Positions 19,146-28,760 of a DNA stretch of 64,000 nucleotides are shown here, piece after piece (position 1 is the stretch's first letter; each line of letters begins with the position of its first letter). The notes beneath the pieces are model-generated. The model was not told where the DNA came from. It did not search any database and saw nothing but the letters and a program-made list of their open reading frames with translations. Both the position numbers and the translations under genes were made by a program. Source of the stretch: Candidatus Multivoradales bacterium (lineage in GTDB: Bacteria; Acidobacteriota; Thermoanaerobaculia; Multivoradales; J023); contig CBDFLE010000006.1 of assembly GCA_965248925.1 (NCBI GenBank), positions 3,456,001-3,520,000 of the forward strand. Reading direction: 5' to 3'.

Positions 19146-22100
19146 TTACCCTTCTAGCAACACCTCGGCTCGCGGCCCATCGACCCACCGGCGCCAGCCG
19201 GCTTTGAGGTCTTCAAGAATGTAATAGGTCACCGGCACCAACACCAGCACGATGCCGGTGACGAAGAGCACGCCGAAGGCGATGGAGGCGGCCATCGGGA
19301 TCAAGAACTGAGCCTGGACGCTTTTCTCGAGCAGCAGCGGCGCGAGGCCGACGAAGGTGGTCAAGGAAGTCAGGACAATTGGCCGGAATCGTTTCTTGCC
19401 GGCGTCGCGAATGGCGATGGCCAGCGGTGAGCCGCCACGGTACGCGCGGTTGACGAAATCGACCATCACCAGACTGTCGTTGACCACCACGCCGGTCAAA
19501 GCCACCATGCCGATGCCCGACAACATGGTCAAGCTGATGCCGATGATCATGTGGCCCCAGATCGCTCCCATCAGGCCGAAGGGAATCGCCGTCATGACAA
19601 TCAACGGCTGGACGTAGCTCTTGAACGGCACGGCCAGCAGGGCGTAGATCATGAACAACGCCAGCACGAAGCCGCGCAGCAGGCCGCCCATGGTGTCGCG
19701 CTGTTCTTGGCGCTCGCCTTCGAGGGTGTATTGCAGGCCGCGGTGCTGGGCCAGCAGTTCGGGGAGGAAGCCGACTTCGAGATCGGCGAGGATCTGATTG
19801 GCATTGGCCACCGCCAGGTCGAGGTCGGCGGTGACGTCGACCGTGCGGTTGCGGTCAGTGCGGGAGATCGAGGCGAAGCCACGGCCGGTGTCGAGTTCGC
19901 CGGCCACCGAGAAAGGCACCTCGCCGCCCGCCGGGGTGCGGATCTTCATCTGCTCCAGGTTGGCCAGGGAGCGGCGCTCGGCGGCGGGATAGCGCACCAT
20001 CACCTTGATCTCTTCGCTGCCGCGCTGGATGCGCTGGGCTTCTTCGCCGAAGAATGCTTGGCGGACTTGCCGCGCCAGATCGCTCAGGGTGAGGCCGAGG
20101 GTTTCGGCCTCGGGGGTGATGCGCAGCTTGGCCTCTTGCTTGCCGGCGCGGAAGGAGTCGGCGATGTCGAAGACTCCGGGGTAGGAACGTAGCTGTTGTT
20201 TCATGCCGGCAGCGGCGGCCCGCAGATCGCTCAAGTCGGGGCCGGCCAGGCGGACCAAGATCGGCGCGCCGGAGGAGAAAATCGCTGAACTGAAGGTCAA
20301 CTCCACGGCGTCGGGTATCGGGCCGGTGAGTTCGCGCCAGCGGGCGGCGATCTGGGCGGCGGTGATCTCGCGTGCTTCGGCCGGGCCGAGTTCGATGTTG
20401 ACCTCACCGAGATGGCCGCCTGCGTAGTGGGTGCCCACTCGGGCGCCACTCTGACTTTGAACGCTGCGAAAGGGTTGCTCTCCAGCGGTGACCAAGATGT
20501 GCGCGAAGGTGTTGTGGTCGCCGCTTTGTTCGACTTCGCGGCGCAGTTCCAGGGCGCCACGTTCGAGCCGGGCCAGGGCTTCGCTGGTCACCTCCACCGG
20601 TGTGCCTTGGGGCATGGTCAGGATGGCGGCGACGTTGTCGGCTTCAACCGGTGGGAAGAAATTGAACTGCACCCGGCCGCTGCCAACCATACCGAAAGTC
20701 AGCAGCAGCAACGAGGTGGCCAGCGCCAGAGTCAGGTAGCGCCTTTCGATAGCGCGCTCCACCAGCGGTCCGTAGATTTCCTCGATGAAGCGCTCTTGTA
20801 GGTCCGAGAAGCGGCGTTGGAAGCGTTGCCAGGCACCGCGGATTTTTCCAGCCTGGCGGCGCTCGGCCGCTGCTTTCAGATGCGACAAATGGGCCGGCAG
20901 CACCAGCAGCGATTCGATCAGTGAGAAGAACAGAGTGGTGATGATGACGATCGGGATCACCCGAAAAACCTTACCCATGCTGCCGGGAATCTGGGTCAGC
21001 GGAGCGAAGGCGGCCATCGTGGTCAGCACTGAGAAGAGCACTGGCACGGCGACCTCGCGCACGCCGGCCACCGCTGCCTCTAGCCCCACCTTGCCCTCCT
21101 GGTGATGGCGGTAGATGTTCTCGCCGACAATGATCGCGTCGTCGACGACAATGCCGAGCACGGCGATCAGGGCGAAGAGCGAGATCACGTTGATCGACAA
21201 GTCGAGCGGTGGCATCAGCCAAAAAGCGCCGAGAAAGGAGATCGGAATCCCCAGGGCAACCCAACCGGCAAGGCGCAGGCGGAGAAAGAGGGCGAGTACC
21301 AGCAAGACCAAGATCAACCCGGTGCGACCGTTGCGAATCAGCGTTTCGAGACGGCTTTCGAGCACTTTGTTGTCGTCTTGCCAGATGGTCAGCTCGATCC
21401 CTTCTGGCATCCGCGCTTGGGCCGCGACGATGTAGTCGCGGACTGTCGCCGAGACTTCGGTCGAGTCTTGCTCACCAACTCTGAAGACCTGCACCAGCAC
21501 CGCCGGCCGATTGTCAAAGCGGGCGGCTTGGTCGGTCTCGGCGAAGCCGTCGACCACCGTCGCGACCTCGCTCAAGGTCAAGCGAGTGCCGTCGGGGCGG
21601 TTGATCAGCACCAAGCGCTCGAAGTCTTCGCCGCGATAGGCCTGGCCCTGGGTGCGCAGCAGGATCTCACCTCCGCGGCTGCGTACCGAGCCTCCCGGCA
21701 AGTCGAGGGAGGAGCGGCGCACCGCTTGCGCCACCTCATCGAAAGTCAGGCCGTGGCGCTGCAGGTCAAGCTCCGAGATTTCGATTGAGATCTCATAGGG
21801 CCGGGCGGCGACGAGTTCGGTGAGGGTGATGCCGTCGAGCTGCGAGATCTCGTCGCGAACCTGCTCACCGAGCAGTTTCAGAGTGCGTTCGTCGGTGTCG
21901 CCGGAGATCGCCACATTGAGCACCTGACGACGCTGGATCAGCTCTTGGACAATCGGCTGTTCGGCTTCTTCGGGAAAAGTGTCGATGGCGTCGATCCGTG
22001 CCTTGACGTCGTCGAGAGCTTGGCGCACGTCGGCATTCGGCAGCAGTTCCACCATCACCGTGCCGGCTCCTTCGGCGGCGGTGGAGGTGATCTTCTTCAC

Positions 22101-22331
22101 CGATTCCAGATCCACCAGGCGTTCCTCGATGCGCGCGCAAATCGCTTCTTCGACCTCCTCCGGGGCGGCCCCGAGGTAAGGCACCGAAATCGATATCCGG
22201 TCGCTGGAGAATTCGGGAAAAACCTCCATGCGGATCGAACTCAGATTGAGCAAGCCGCCGACCATGATCAAAGCCATCAACAGGTTGGCGGCGACGGTGT
22301 TCTTGGCGAACCAGGTGACCAGGGCATTCAT
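19146..22331 (-). CDS. RND efflux permease (AcrB/AcrD/AcrF family)
   Basis: 1061 aa; GIVVDDAIIVGENI, GVVVNDSLV, RFRPIVLTSLTT. Confidence 0.95.
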   Translation of the reverse strand: MNALVTWFAKNTVAANLLMALIMVGGLLNLSSIRMEVFPEFSSDRISISVPYLGAAPEEVEEAICARIEERLVDLESVKKITSTAAEGAGTVMVELLPNADVRQALDDVKARIDAIDTFPEEAEQPIVQELIQRRQVLNVAISGDTDERTLKLLGEQVRDEISQLDGITLTELVAARPYEISIEISELDLQRHGLTFDEVAQAVRRSSLDLPGGSVRSRGGEILLRTQGQAYRGEDFERLVLINRPDGTRLTLSEVATVVDGFAETDQAARFDNRPAVLVQVFRVGEQDSTEVSATVRDYIVAAQARMPEGIELTIWQDDNKVLESRLETLIRNGRTGLILVLLVLALFLRLRLAGWVALGIPISFLGAFWLMPPLDLSINVISLFALIAVLGIVVDDAIIVGENIYRHHQEGKVGLEAAVAGVREVAVPVLFSVLTTMAAFAPLTQIPGSMGKVFRVIPIVIITTLFFSLIESLLVLPAHLSHLKAAAERRQAGKIRGAWQRFQRRFSDLQERFIEEIYGPLVERAIERRYLTLALATSLLLLTFGMVGSGRVQFNFFPPVEADNVAAILTMPQGTPVEVTSEALARLERGALELRREVEQSGDHNTFAHILVTAGEQPFRSVQSQSGARVGTHYAGGHLGEVNIELGPAEAREITAAQIAARWRELTGPIPDAVELTFSSAIFSSGAPILVRLAGPDLSDLRAAAAGMKQQLRSYPGVFDIADSFRAGKQEAKLRITPEAETLGLTLSDLARQVRQAFFGEEAQRIQRGSEEIKVMVRYPAAERRSLANLEQMKIRTPAGGEVPFSVAGELDTGRGFASISRTDRNRTVDVTADLDLAVANANQILADLEVGFLPELLAQHRGLQYTLEGERQEQRDTMGGLLRGFVLALFMIYALLAVPFKSYVQPLIVMTAIPFGLMGAIWGHMIIGISLTMLSGIGMVALTGVVVNDSLVMVDFVNRAYRGGSPLAIAIRDAGKKRFRPIVLTSLTTFVGLAPLLLEKSVQAQFLIPMAASIAFGVLFVTGIVLVLVPVTYYILEDLKAGWRRWVDGPRAEVLLEG

Positions 22332-23521
22332 TGCTCCCCTCCCGCGGTGGTGCTCCGGGTCTGGCTCGGGATTTCTTCGTAGATGCGCACCTGCATGCCG
22401 TCGGTGGCCACCTCGAGGGCCGAGATACAGACCCGTTCGCCGGCTTCGACACCGCTGGCCAGAATCACCTCCTCGCCTACCGACCGCAGCACTTCGACCG
22501 CTCGCAACCGCAGGCGATCGTCCTCCACCACCAACACCTGCCGGCCGTTGCGGAGAGCGCCACGGGGCAGTACCACCACGTCTTCAATCTGCCGGCCGGC
22601 AATCCGTGCGGCGACGAACATGCCGGTAGACAAGGGCGGCTGTGCGGCGCCGTCAAGGCGGCCGTAAGGATCCTCGATCCGGGCCACCAAGCTCAGCATG
22701 CGACTCTTTGGATCGATCTCTCCTTCGCTGCGCACCAAGGTCGCCTTCCAGGTGTGCAGTTGGCCGGCCACCCGAGCTTGCAGGTCGACCGCCGGCTGGC
22801 TTCCCTGCTGAGCCCAGCCCGGCTTTAGATCGAGAAAAGCCAACTCGCTCTGGGCGATCGGCAAGCGAACCTCGGCGACGCTGGTGCCGTCGAGTCCAGC
22901 CACCGGGGTGCCCGGGGTCAGATACTGCCCAAGATCGGCAGCCTTCTGTCGTACTCGGCAAGCAAAGGGAGCCCGCAAGCGAGTGCGTTCGAGATCCAGC
23001 CGAGCCAGGTCGAGTTCGGCTTCAGTGGCCGCTAACTCGGCTTCGGCTTCGGCAATCTGGGGTAGGCGTAGCACCAGCGGGTCGGGGTCACCGCTGCCGA
23101 TCTCGGCCCACTCCTCAGCCGCCAGGCGCGCCTCGGCCCGTTCGCGAGCCAGCCCGGTTTGGGCGCGAGCGAGCTGAGCTTGGCGGCGCTTGACGGTGAG
23201 TTCGTAGTCGCGCCGGTCGAGTGCGAGCAAGATCTCGCCGCGACGAAAAAAGCCTCCCACCTCGAACCGTGGTGACACCCGCACCACCTCGCCGGCCACT
23301 TGGCTGACCAGCTGGGTCGAGGTCCGGGGCATGACGGTGCCTTGAGCGAGGACCTCGAGGGTCAAGTTCTGCACCGCAACCTCGGTGACCCTCACTAGCG
23401 GCGCCAGCACCAGCGGCGGAGCGGTTTCGATCTGTGGTCGCGAGCGCATCAGGCCGAATGCGCCGAGAGCGCCCAAGGCAAGGATGAGGAAAGGCAGCAG
23501 AATGCGGAGCAATCTGGGCAT
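22328..23521 (-). CDS. RND periplasmic adaptor (MFP)
   Basis: N-terminal TM, SQVAGEVV, coiled-coil hairpin, LRAPF, GMFVAARI. Confidence 0.93.
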   Translation of the reverse strand: MPRLLRILLPFLILALGALGAFGLMRSRPQIETAPPLVLAPLVRVTEVAVQNLTLEVLAQGTVMPRTSTQLVSQVAGEVVRVSPRFEVGGFFRRGEILLALDRRDYELTVKRRQAQLARAQTGLARERAEARLAAEEWAEIGSGDPDPLVLRLPQIAEAEAELAATEAELDLARLDLERTRLRAPFACRVRQKAADLGQYLTPGTPVAGLDGTSVAEVRLPIAQSELAFLDLKPGWAQQGSQPAVDLQARVAGQLHTWKATLVRSEGEIDPKSRMLSLVARIEDPYGRLDGAAQPPLSTGMFVAARIAGRQIEDVVVLPRGALRNGRQVLVVEDDRLRLRAVEVLRSVGEEVILASGVEAGERVCISALEVATDGMQVRIYEEIPSQTRSTTAGGEQ

Positions 23522-23528
23522 GACTCGG

Positions 23529-25019
23529 TTATCTCCTGAAGGCGGCTGCCGCGGCGGGGCTTGTTGCGCTGGCGGTCGCTGGGGTCGAGTGGACGGGTGG
23601 CGAAATAAGGTCGGGCTGGACGCCGCCGCCCAAAGCGAGGAAGAGGTCTACCCGCTGGTTCAGCCGCGCTTGTCTCACGGCGAGCCACTGGCTATCGGCG
23701 GTGAAGGCCTGGCGCTGGGCGTCGAGCACGGCGAGGAAGTCACCCACCCCTCGCAGGTAGCGTTCTTCGGCGAGTTCGGCAGCGGCGTTGGAGTGCTCGG
23801 CGGCAGTAGCCAGGGCCTGCTCCTGCGCAGCCAGGCGAGCCTCGGCGTGGAGGGCGGTTTCCACTTCGGCATAGGCGTTCAATGCCGCCTGGGCGAAGCG
23901 CCGTAGCGTCCCCTCGCGGTCGGCCTCGGCCAGCTCGATGGCGGCGCGCAATTGGCCGCCTCGGAACAGCGGTTGCAGCAAGCCGCCGGCGAAGCTCCAG
24001 ACGCTGAAATCGCCGTCCAGCAGGTCGCTCAGCGAATCGCTCGCCGTGCCGCCACTGGCGGTCAGCGATAGCCGGGGATAGAGCGCTCGACGAGCCTCGG
24101 CCAGGCGCCAGCCGTTGGCCTTCAGGCGGGCGCTGGCGGCGCGCAGGTCGGGTCGGCGGGCGATCAGCTCGGCCGGCAGACCAGCGGCGATGTTCGCCGG
24201 CACCGGTGGCAAGTCATCCACCGCCTGCAGCTCAGCGCTCGGATAACGTCCCAGCAAGACTTCTAGCTGACGACTGGCGGCGTCTCCGATCCGCCGTCTA
24301 TTTTCCAGGTTGGCTGCGGCGGAGGCTTGGTTGGCGCGCGCCAAACGGAGATCGACCGGACTGGTGATACCCAGCCGATAACGCCGCTCGGTGCGTCGGC
24401 TGGTGCGTTGTCGATTGCTGACCGTGGCTTCGGCCAAGGCCACCTGGCGCTGCGCCTCGACCACTGCGAACCAGGCCTTCGCGGTCTGTCCGCTGAGCGA
24501 CAGGCGAGCGGCGGCGAGATCTTCGGCGCTGGCCAAGGCGTCGCCGGTCGCGGCCTGCTGGCCGGCGCGCAGGCGGCCCCAAAGGTCGGCTTCCCAACTG
24601 ATATCGAGGGACACTCCCCAAGCGGTCGAAAGGGATTTCAGAGCCGCTTCGCCGCCGGGTATCGGCAGCCCGACAAAGACTTGCTGCCGCCGCGCACCAT
24701 TGATCCCAGCGCTGAGCTGCGGTCGCAGGTCGGCACCGGCGATGCGGGCCCGAGCAAGCGCCGCGTCAACCGCCGCTGCCGCTGCCGCCAAGTCGTGGTT
24801 GTTCGCCAGAGCTTCGAGGATCAAGCTATCGAGGTGCGGATCGGAGAAGCTCTTCCACCAGCTATCCACGGCTAGCGGGTGGTTTGCCGAGGGAGCGCTC
24901 CAGGTTGCCGGCGGCGGCGGCTCGGGAGTGGTCATGGGCGGCGCCTCGAGGCCGCCGCAGGCGCTGAGAAGGGCCGCTGTCGCCAGCAACCTGGCAGCGG
25001 GAGAAGGGGTGGAGCGCAT
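23529..25019 (-). CDS. Outer-membrane efflux lipoprotein (NodT/OprM family)
   Basis: Lipobox LLSAC, SWEADLWGR, RRPDLRAA, LFLALGGG. Confidence 0.95.
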   Translation of the reverse strand: MRSTPSPAARLLATAALLSACGGLEAPPMTTPEPPPPATWSAPSANHPLAVDSWWKSFSDPHLDSLILEALANNHDLAAAAAAVDAALARARIAGADLRPQLSAGINGARRQQVFVGLPIPGGEAALKSLSTAWGVSLDISWEADLWGRLRAGQQAATGDALASAEDLAAARLSLSGQTAKAWFAVVEAQRQVALAEATVSNRQRTSRRTERRYRLGITSPVDLRLARANQASAAANLENRRRIGDAASRQLEVLLGRYPSAELQAVDDLPPVPANIAAGLPAELIARRPDLRAASARLKANGWRLAEARRALYPRLSLTASGGTASDSLSDLLDGDFSVWSFAGGLLQPLFRGGQLRAAIELAEADREGTLRRFAQAALNAYAEVETALHAEARLAAQEQALATAAEHSNAAAELAEERYLRGVGDFLAVLDAQRQAFTADSQWLAVRQARLNQRVDLFLALGGGVQPDLISPPVHSTPATASATSPAAAAAFRR

Positions 25020-25696
25020 TAGGATCCCTCTTGCTTGTTGTTCTCGAGCGGCGGCGCGGCAAGTCCGGCGCCGACGAAATGAACCATCAAGTCCAGCACT
25101 CGTTGCGGGTCGGCCATGTCACAAATCCCACCGGTCATCTCTGCGATTCGGTTGCTGCCGGAGACGATGTGAGCCATGGCGCCGATCATGAAATGAAAGC
25201 GCCACAGTCGTTCCTCGATTTCTAATTCGGGCAGCGCCTGGGCAAAGGCGGCTTGGAAACGAACCATCACTCCCTGCAATTGTTCCCGCAGCAGCTTACG
25301 CAGAGTGGCTTCAGGGGCGGTGAAAGAGCGGCCAAAGAGCTGTGCGATGTGCTCGCGCCAGGCGACCTCGTCTTGGCCGATCTCCAACACTGGCCGCACA
25401 AAGGCGCGTACCAAGTCGGCAGCCGCTGGCGGCTCATCGGCGGCTTCTAGCGCATCGAGTAGTGCCAGCCGGCGCCTGTTCACAGGTTCCAGCCGGCGGC
25501 GGATCACCTCCCGCGCCAACGCCTCCTTGGAGCCGAAGTGATAGTGCGCCGCAGCCAAGTTGGCTTGTGCTGCCGAGGTGATGGCACGCAGCGAGGCACC
25601 GGTCAAGCCGCGCTCGGCAAACAACCGCTCGGCGGCATCCAGCAGGCTCGTCTTGGTGTCGGTGGAGGGTGTCGCAGACTGGCTCAGGGGCGTCAT
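25019..25696 (-). CDS. TetR-family regulator (PsrA-like)
   Basis: LLDAAERLFAERG...SLRAIT...YHFGSKEAL; first gene of the efflux operon. Confidence 0.9.
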   Translation of the reverse strand: MTPLSQSATPSTDTKTSLLDAAERLFAERGLTGASLRAITSAAQANLAAAHYHFGSKEALAREVIRRRLEPVNRRRLALLDALEAADEPPAAADLVRAFVRPVLEIGQDEVAWREHIAQLFGRSFTAPEATLRKLLREQLQGVMVRFQAAFAQALPELEIEERLWRFHFMIGAMAHIVSGSNRIAEMTGGICDMADPQRVLDLMVHFVGAGLAAPPLENNKQEGS

Positions 25697-25716
25697 GATG
25701 GGCTCCTCGACAGGTC

Positions 25717-25749
25717 TCGAACGATCGTATCAATCAAACGTACGTTTGA
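25717..25749. promoter_or_regulatory. Tandem TetR operator
   Basis: Perfect 16-bp palindrome TCAAACGTACGTTTGA (25734-25749) beside an imperfect copy TCGAACGATCGTATCA (25717-25732), directly upstream of tetR; fits the PsrA-type CAAAC-N4-GTTTG motif. Confidence 0.75.
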
Positions 25750-25935
25750 ATCGTGATTGGGTTTCAAGCTCGTGACCAGAACGCTCGATCTGCGATTCTC
25801 TGACGTAGCTTCCGACAAGTGCCGATGAAGTCGGGGGGGGAGTCCATCCCATCATGGCTACTGCGGGCATCCGATATCTAGTCAGAGCGGTTGATGAGTT
25901 CTTTCGAGGAAGCTGGCGAGATGCCGTCTACTAGG

Positions 25936-26631
25936 CTAATCCTGGTGACCGGGCGGTTCCGCTCGCTCTGCTTCAAGCCGACGGAGGGCCTCCTCCGCTT
26001 GTTCCCTCTGCTGCTTCTCCGCCAAATACTCGTTGAGGAATTCGTCAGTCAGATCTTTCACCGCGTCTCGGATCGTCTTGCGTGGGTTTTTCGACACTCC
26101 GATAACTCCAGTTACACCTCGCCTCCAAGTGGTAACAACTTCAGAGAAGGACAGATTAAATAGAAACTCAGTGTCAAGCTGCCCCTCACCCTCGCCGAAG
26201 TCCTGCCAAAACAGCATCGCTGCTTTTCGATCCTCGGCCCACTTGAGATTCAGAAAAGCCTCTGCTCGCAGTAAGGCTTGTTGTCGGGCCTCTATAGAAA
26301 TCGAGTAAGCGAAGAGGTTGTCGGTCTTGACGTTCGTAACGTTGACATAGAGATAACAGTCGGCATCGTCGGAAACCCGTAGCCCCGCGAGCCGAAGCTT
26401 CAGCTCGACATCGGTTCTTATTCTTTTCTCCGACAACCCGATTTCTTCAAATTCCTTACTGAGGCTCTCCACAAGTACTTGTGCTGGATTCATATGAATG
26501 AGTGTGTCCCGAGTGTCGCCGTGAGAAGGTGAGGGGAAGATCGAGAGTACGGCGGCCAGGACTATAGGCAGGGGATGGCTCGGATGAGGGAGCATATTTG
26601 AGATTCCTTTTCGCACAGGCACCTTCGCCAA
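25936..26631 (-). CDS. Hypothetical exported protein (start uncertain)
   Basis: Long ORF with lower GC and a hydrophobic N-terminal segment; no family recognised. Confidence 0.6.
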   Translation of the reverse strand: MAKVPVRKGISNMLPHPSHPLPIVLAAVLSIFPSPSHGDTRDTLIHMNPAQVLVESLSKEFEEIGLSEKRIRTDVELKLRLAGLRVSDDADCYLYVNVTNVKTDNLFAYSISIEARQQALLRAEAFLNLKWAEDRKAAMLFWQDFGEGEGQLDTEFLFNLSFSEVVTTWRRGVTGVIGVSKNPRKTIRDAVKDLTDEFLNEYLAEKQQREQAEEALRRLEAERAEPPGHQD

Positions 26632-26734
26632 GTTGGGCAGCCTTCTGAAGCGAGATTATACCTCTGCGCAGTGATCTGGCGGCTCAGGGAGAATCATGAC
26701 CGGTTTGACCATAGGTGACACCGATCCTGTGGAT

Positions 26735-27097
26735 TCAGATCGGCAAGATTCGGGCTCTCGATGTTGCGGCATCGACCACCACAATCGCTCCATCTTGGAG
26801 TGCGTTGGCGTGTTGACGCAAGACCCGAGCTACGAGGTTTCCGATCGCAGATGGCAACACGTCTTCGGTTCGGACTTGCAGGACACTGGGGCCTGAAGCA
26901 CTTGTCAGTGCAAGGATGCGCGAGAAGTCGAGATCGTGGGTGAAGACGATGTGGCCGTGCTCGAGAGCCCAGGCCAGGATCTCGGTATCAGGGGCCCGCG
27001 GGTTTCCGATCTCAGACCAGTGGACGGCGGTGTAGCTTTCTCGGTGTAGCCATGTTGCCCACTGAGGAGAAAGATTGATGTCGATGACCAGCTTCAT
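26735..27097 (-). CDS. DUF5615 PIN-like toxin (VapC45-like)
   Basis: MKLVIDINLSP...DTEILAWA...IVFTHDLDF. Confidence 0.88.
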   Translation of the reverse strand: MKLVIDINLSPQWATWLHRESYTAVHWSEIGNPRAPDTEILAWALEHGHIVFTHDLDFSRILALTSASGPSVLQVRTEDVLPSAIGNLVARVLRQHANALQDGAIVVVDAATSRARILPI

Positions 27098-27328
27098 TCA
27101 GGAGCTGCTCACCAGGACTTCTCGCTCCTCGACCCGCCAGGTGGCGTAGGTGAGAGCAGCCTGGATGTCTTCCCCCTCGATGTACGGGTAAGCCTCGAGA
27201 ATCTCCTCTTCAGACCGGCCGGCGGCCAGTAGCCCGAGGATCGTGCCGACGGTCAGCCGGAGGCCCCGAATGCAGGGCTTGCCTCCCATGACTTCGGGGT
27301 CGAGAGTGATGCGATCTTGGCCTTTCAT
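27098..27328 (-). CDS. DUF433 antitoxin
   Basis: RITLDPEVMGGKPCIRGLRLTV...EEILEAYPYI..EDIQAALTYA; ATG at 27328 with GAGGAG RBS. Confidence 0.9.
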   Translation of the reverse strand: MKGQDRITLDPEVMGGKPCIRGLRLTVGTILGLLAAGRSEEEILEAYPYIEGEDIQAALTYATWRVEEREVLVSSS

Positions 27329-27638
27329 GAGATTCTCCTCGTGGGGGAGCTTATTGAGGCGACTTCCCACCTGGACATACTATACAAGCGGTGGAGCCGC
27401 GGGGGGATTGCTCGCCAGTGCCCAATCTCCCGGCTCCCGCTCCGTGGAACTTTTTTCGCCCCTCTCGCGTAAGAATAGGCATCGGCCAGCGTTGTATTCT
27501 AGAGGTGCACGATCCATGGAATCCGCCCAAGGAAGCCGGTAATCTGCGTCATTCCAGGGTCCTTGAGGGACCCGTTCGCGCCACCAGGTCAGGGGACGCC
27601 CGCCTCGGCGCTGTACCGCCTGCTTGAGAGAAGAAGAG

Positions 27639-28760
27639 ATGACAATTCAATATCCACGCCGGAGAGCGCTGAAACTCTCCTTGCCAGGGCTTGCGCTGAT
27701 CATGATCGGAGGGCTGCTCGCCGGCTGTACCCCGGAGGGGCAGGCCGCGGAGCGCACCGCTGATTCGGAAGTTGCCGCGGTCGAGCAGGCAAAAAAGGAC
27801 ACCGAACTCGTGCCGGTGGAAGTGGTCGCGCTCGGCCGTGGCCCGATCGAGGCATTGCTGCGGTCTTCGACCAACCTGGAGGCCGAGAGCGAGGTGCAGG
27901 TGTTCTCGCAGGCGGCTCGGCTGGTGCGGGAGCTGCGTATCGAAGAGGGCGATCGGGTGCGCCGCGGCACCGTGCTGTTGCGATTGCAGGACGAGGAGCA
28001 ACTCAGTCGATTGGCGCGGGCCGAGAGTCAGCTGGCGAAGTCGCGCCGCGAGTACCAGCGCCAAGACAGTCTATGGCGACAGCGGTTGATCAGTGAGCAG
28101 GCTTTCAACGAAGCCACCTATGAGGTCGAACAGCTCGAGCTGGAGGTGGCCGATGCTCGCCGCGAGCTGGCGTATACCGAGGTGCGAGCGCCAATCGCCG
28201 GCACCATCACCAGCCGCTTGGTCAATCTTGGCGACACGGTGACGGTCAACCAGCATCTCTTCGATCTGATTGATTTCAATACTTTGGTGGCGCGGATCTT
28301 TGTCCCGGAGAAGGAACTCTCTCGGCTCCGACCGGGCCTGCCGGCACGGATTTATTCGACTTCGCTGGGGGGCGGGCCGCGCAGTGGCCGGGTGCAGCGC
28401 ATCGCGCCGGTGGTTGACGCCCGCAGCGGCACGATCAAGGTGACGGTGGCGATTGCTGCCAACCAGGGTCTGCGGCCAGGCATGTATGTAGAAGTCGATT
28501 TGATCACCGCGGTCCATGAGGATGCGCTGCTGGTACCCAAGCGAGCGGTGGTTTGGGACGATGATCAGGCCTTTGTTTTTCGCCTGGGTAAGGACGATAT
28601 TGTCGAGCGCCTGCAATTGCAGGTGGGGCTTGAGAATAGTGAGCATGTCGAGCCGATCGCCGGCTCGACGGATCTCGAAGCCGGTCAGCAAATCATCATC
28701 GCCGGCCAAGCCGGGTTGAAGACCGGAACCCAGGTTCGCCGGGTGGGTGTGACCGGTTGA
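27639..28760 (+). CDS. RND periplasmic adaptor (lipoprotein MFP)
   Basis: LLAGC lipobox, EEGDRVRRG, VRAPIAG, LRPGMYV. Confidence 0.92.
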   Translation: MTIQYPRRRALKLSLPGLALIMIGGLLAGCTPEGQAAERTADSEVAAVEQAKKDTELVPVEVVALGRGPIEALLRSSTNLEAESEVQVFSQAARLVRELRIEEGDRVRRGTVLLRLQDEEQLSRLARAESQLAKSRREYQRQDSLWRQRLISEQAFNEATYEVEQLELEVADARRELAYTEVRAPIAGTITSRLVNLGDTVTVNQHLFDLIDFNTLVARIFVPEKELSRLRPGLPARIYSTSLGGGPRSGRVQRIAPVVDARSGTIKVTVAIAANQGLRPGMYVEVDLITAVHEDALLVPKRAVVWDDDQAFVFRLGKDDIVERLQLQVGLENSEHVEPIAGSTDLEAGQQIIIAGQAGLKTGTQVRRVGVTG

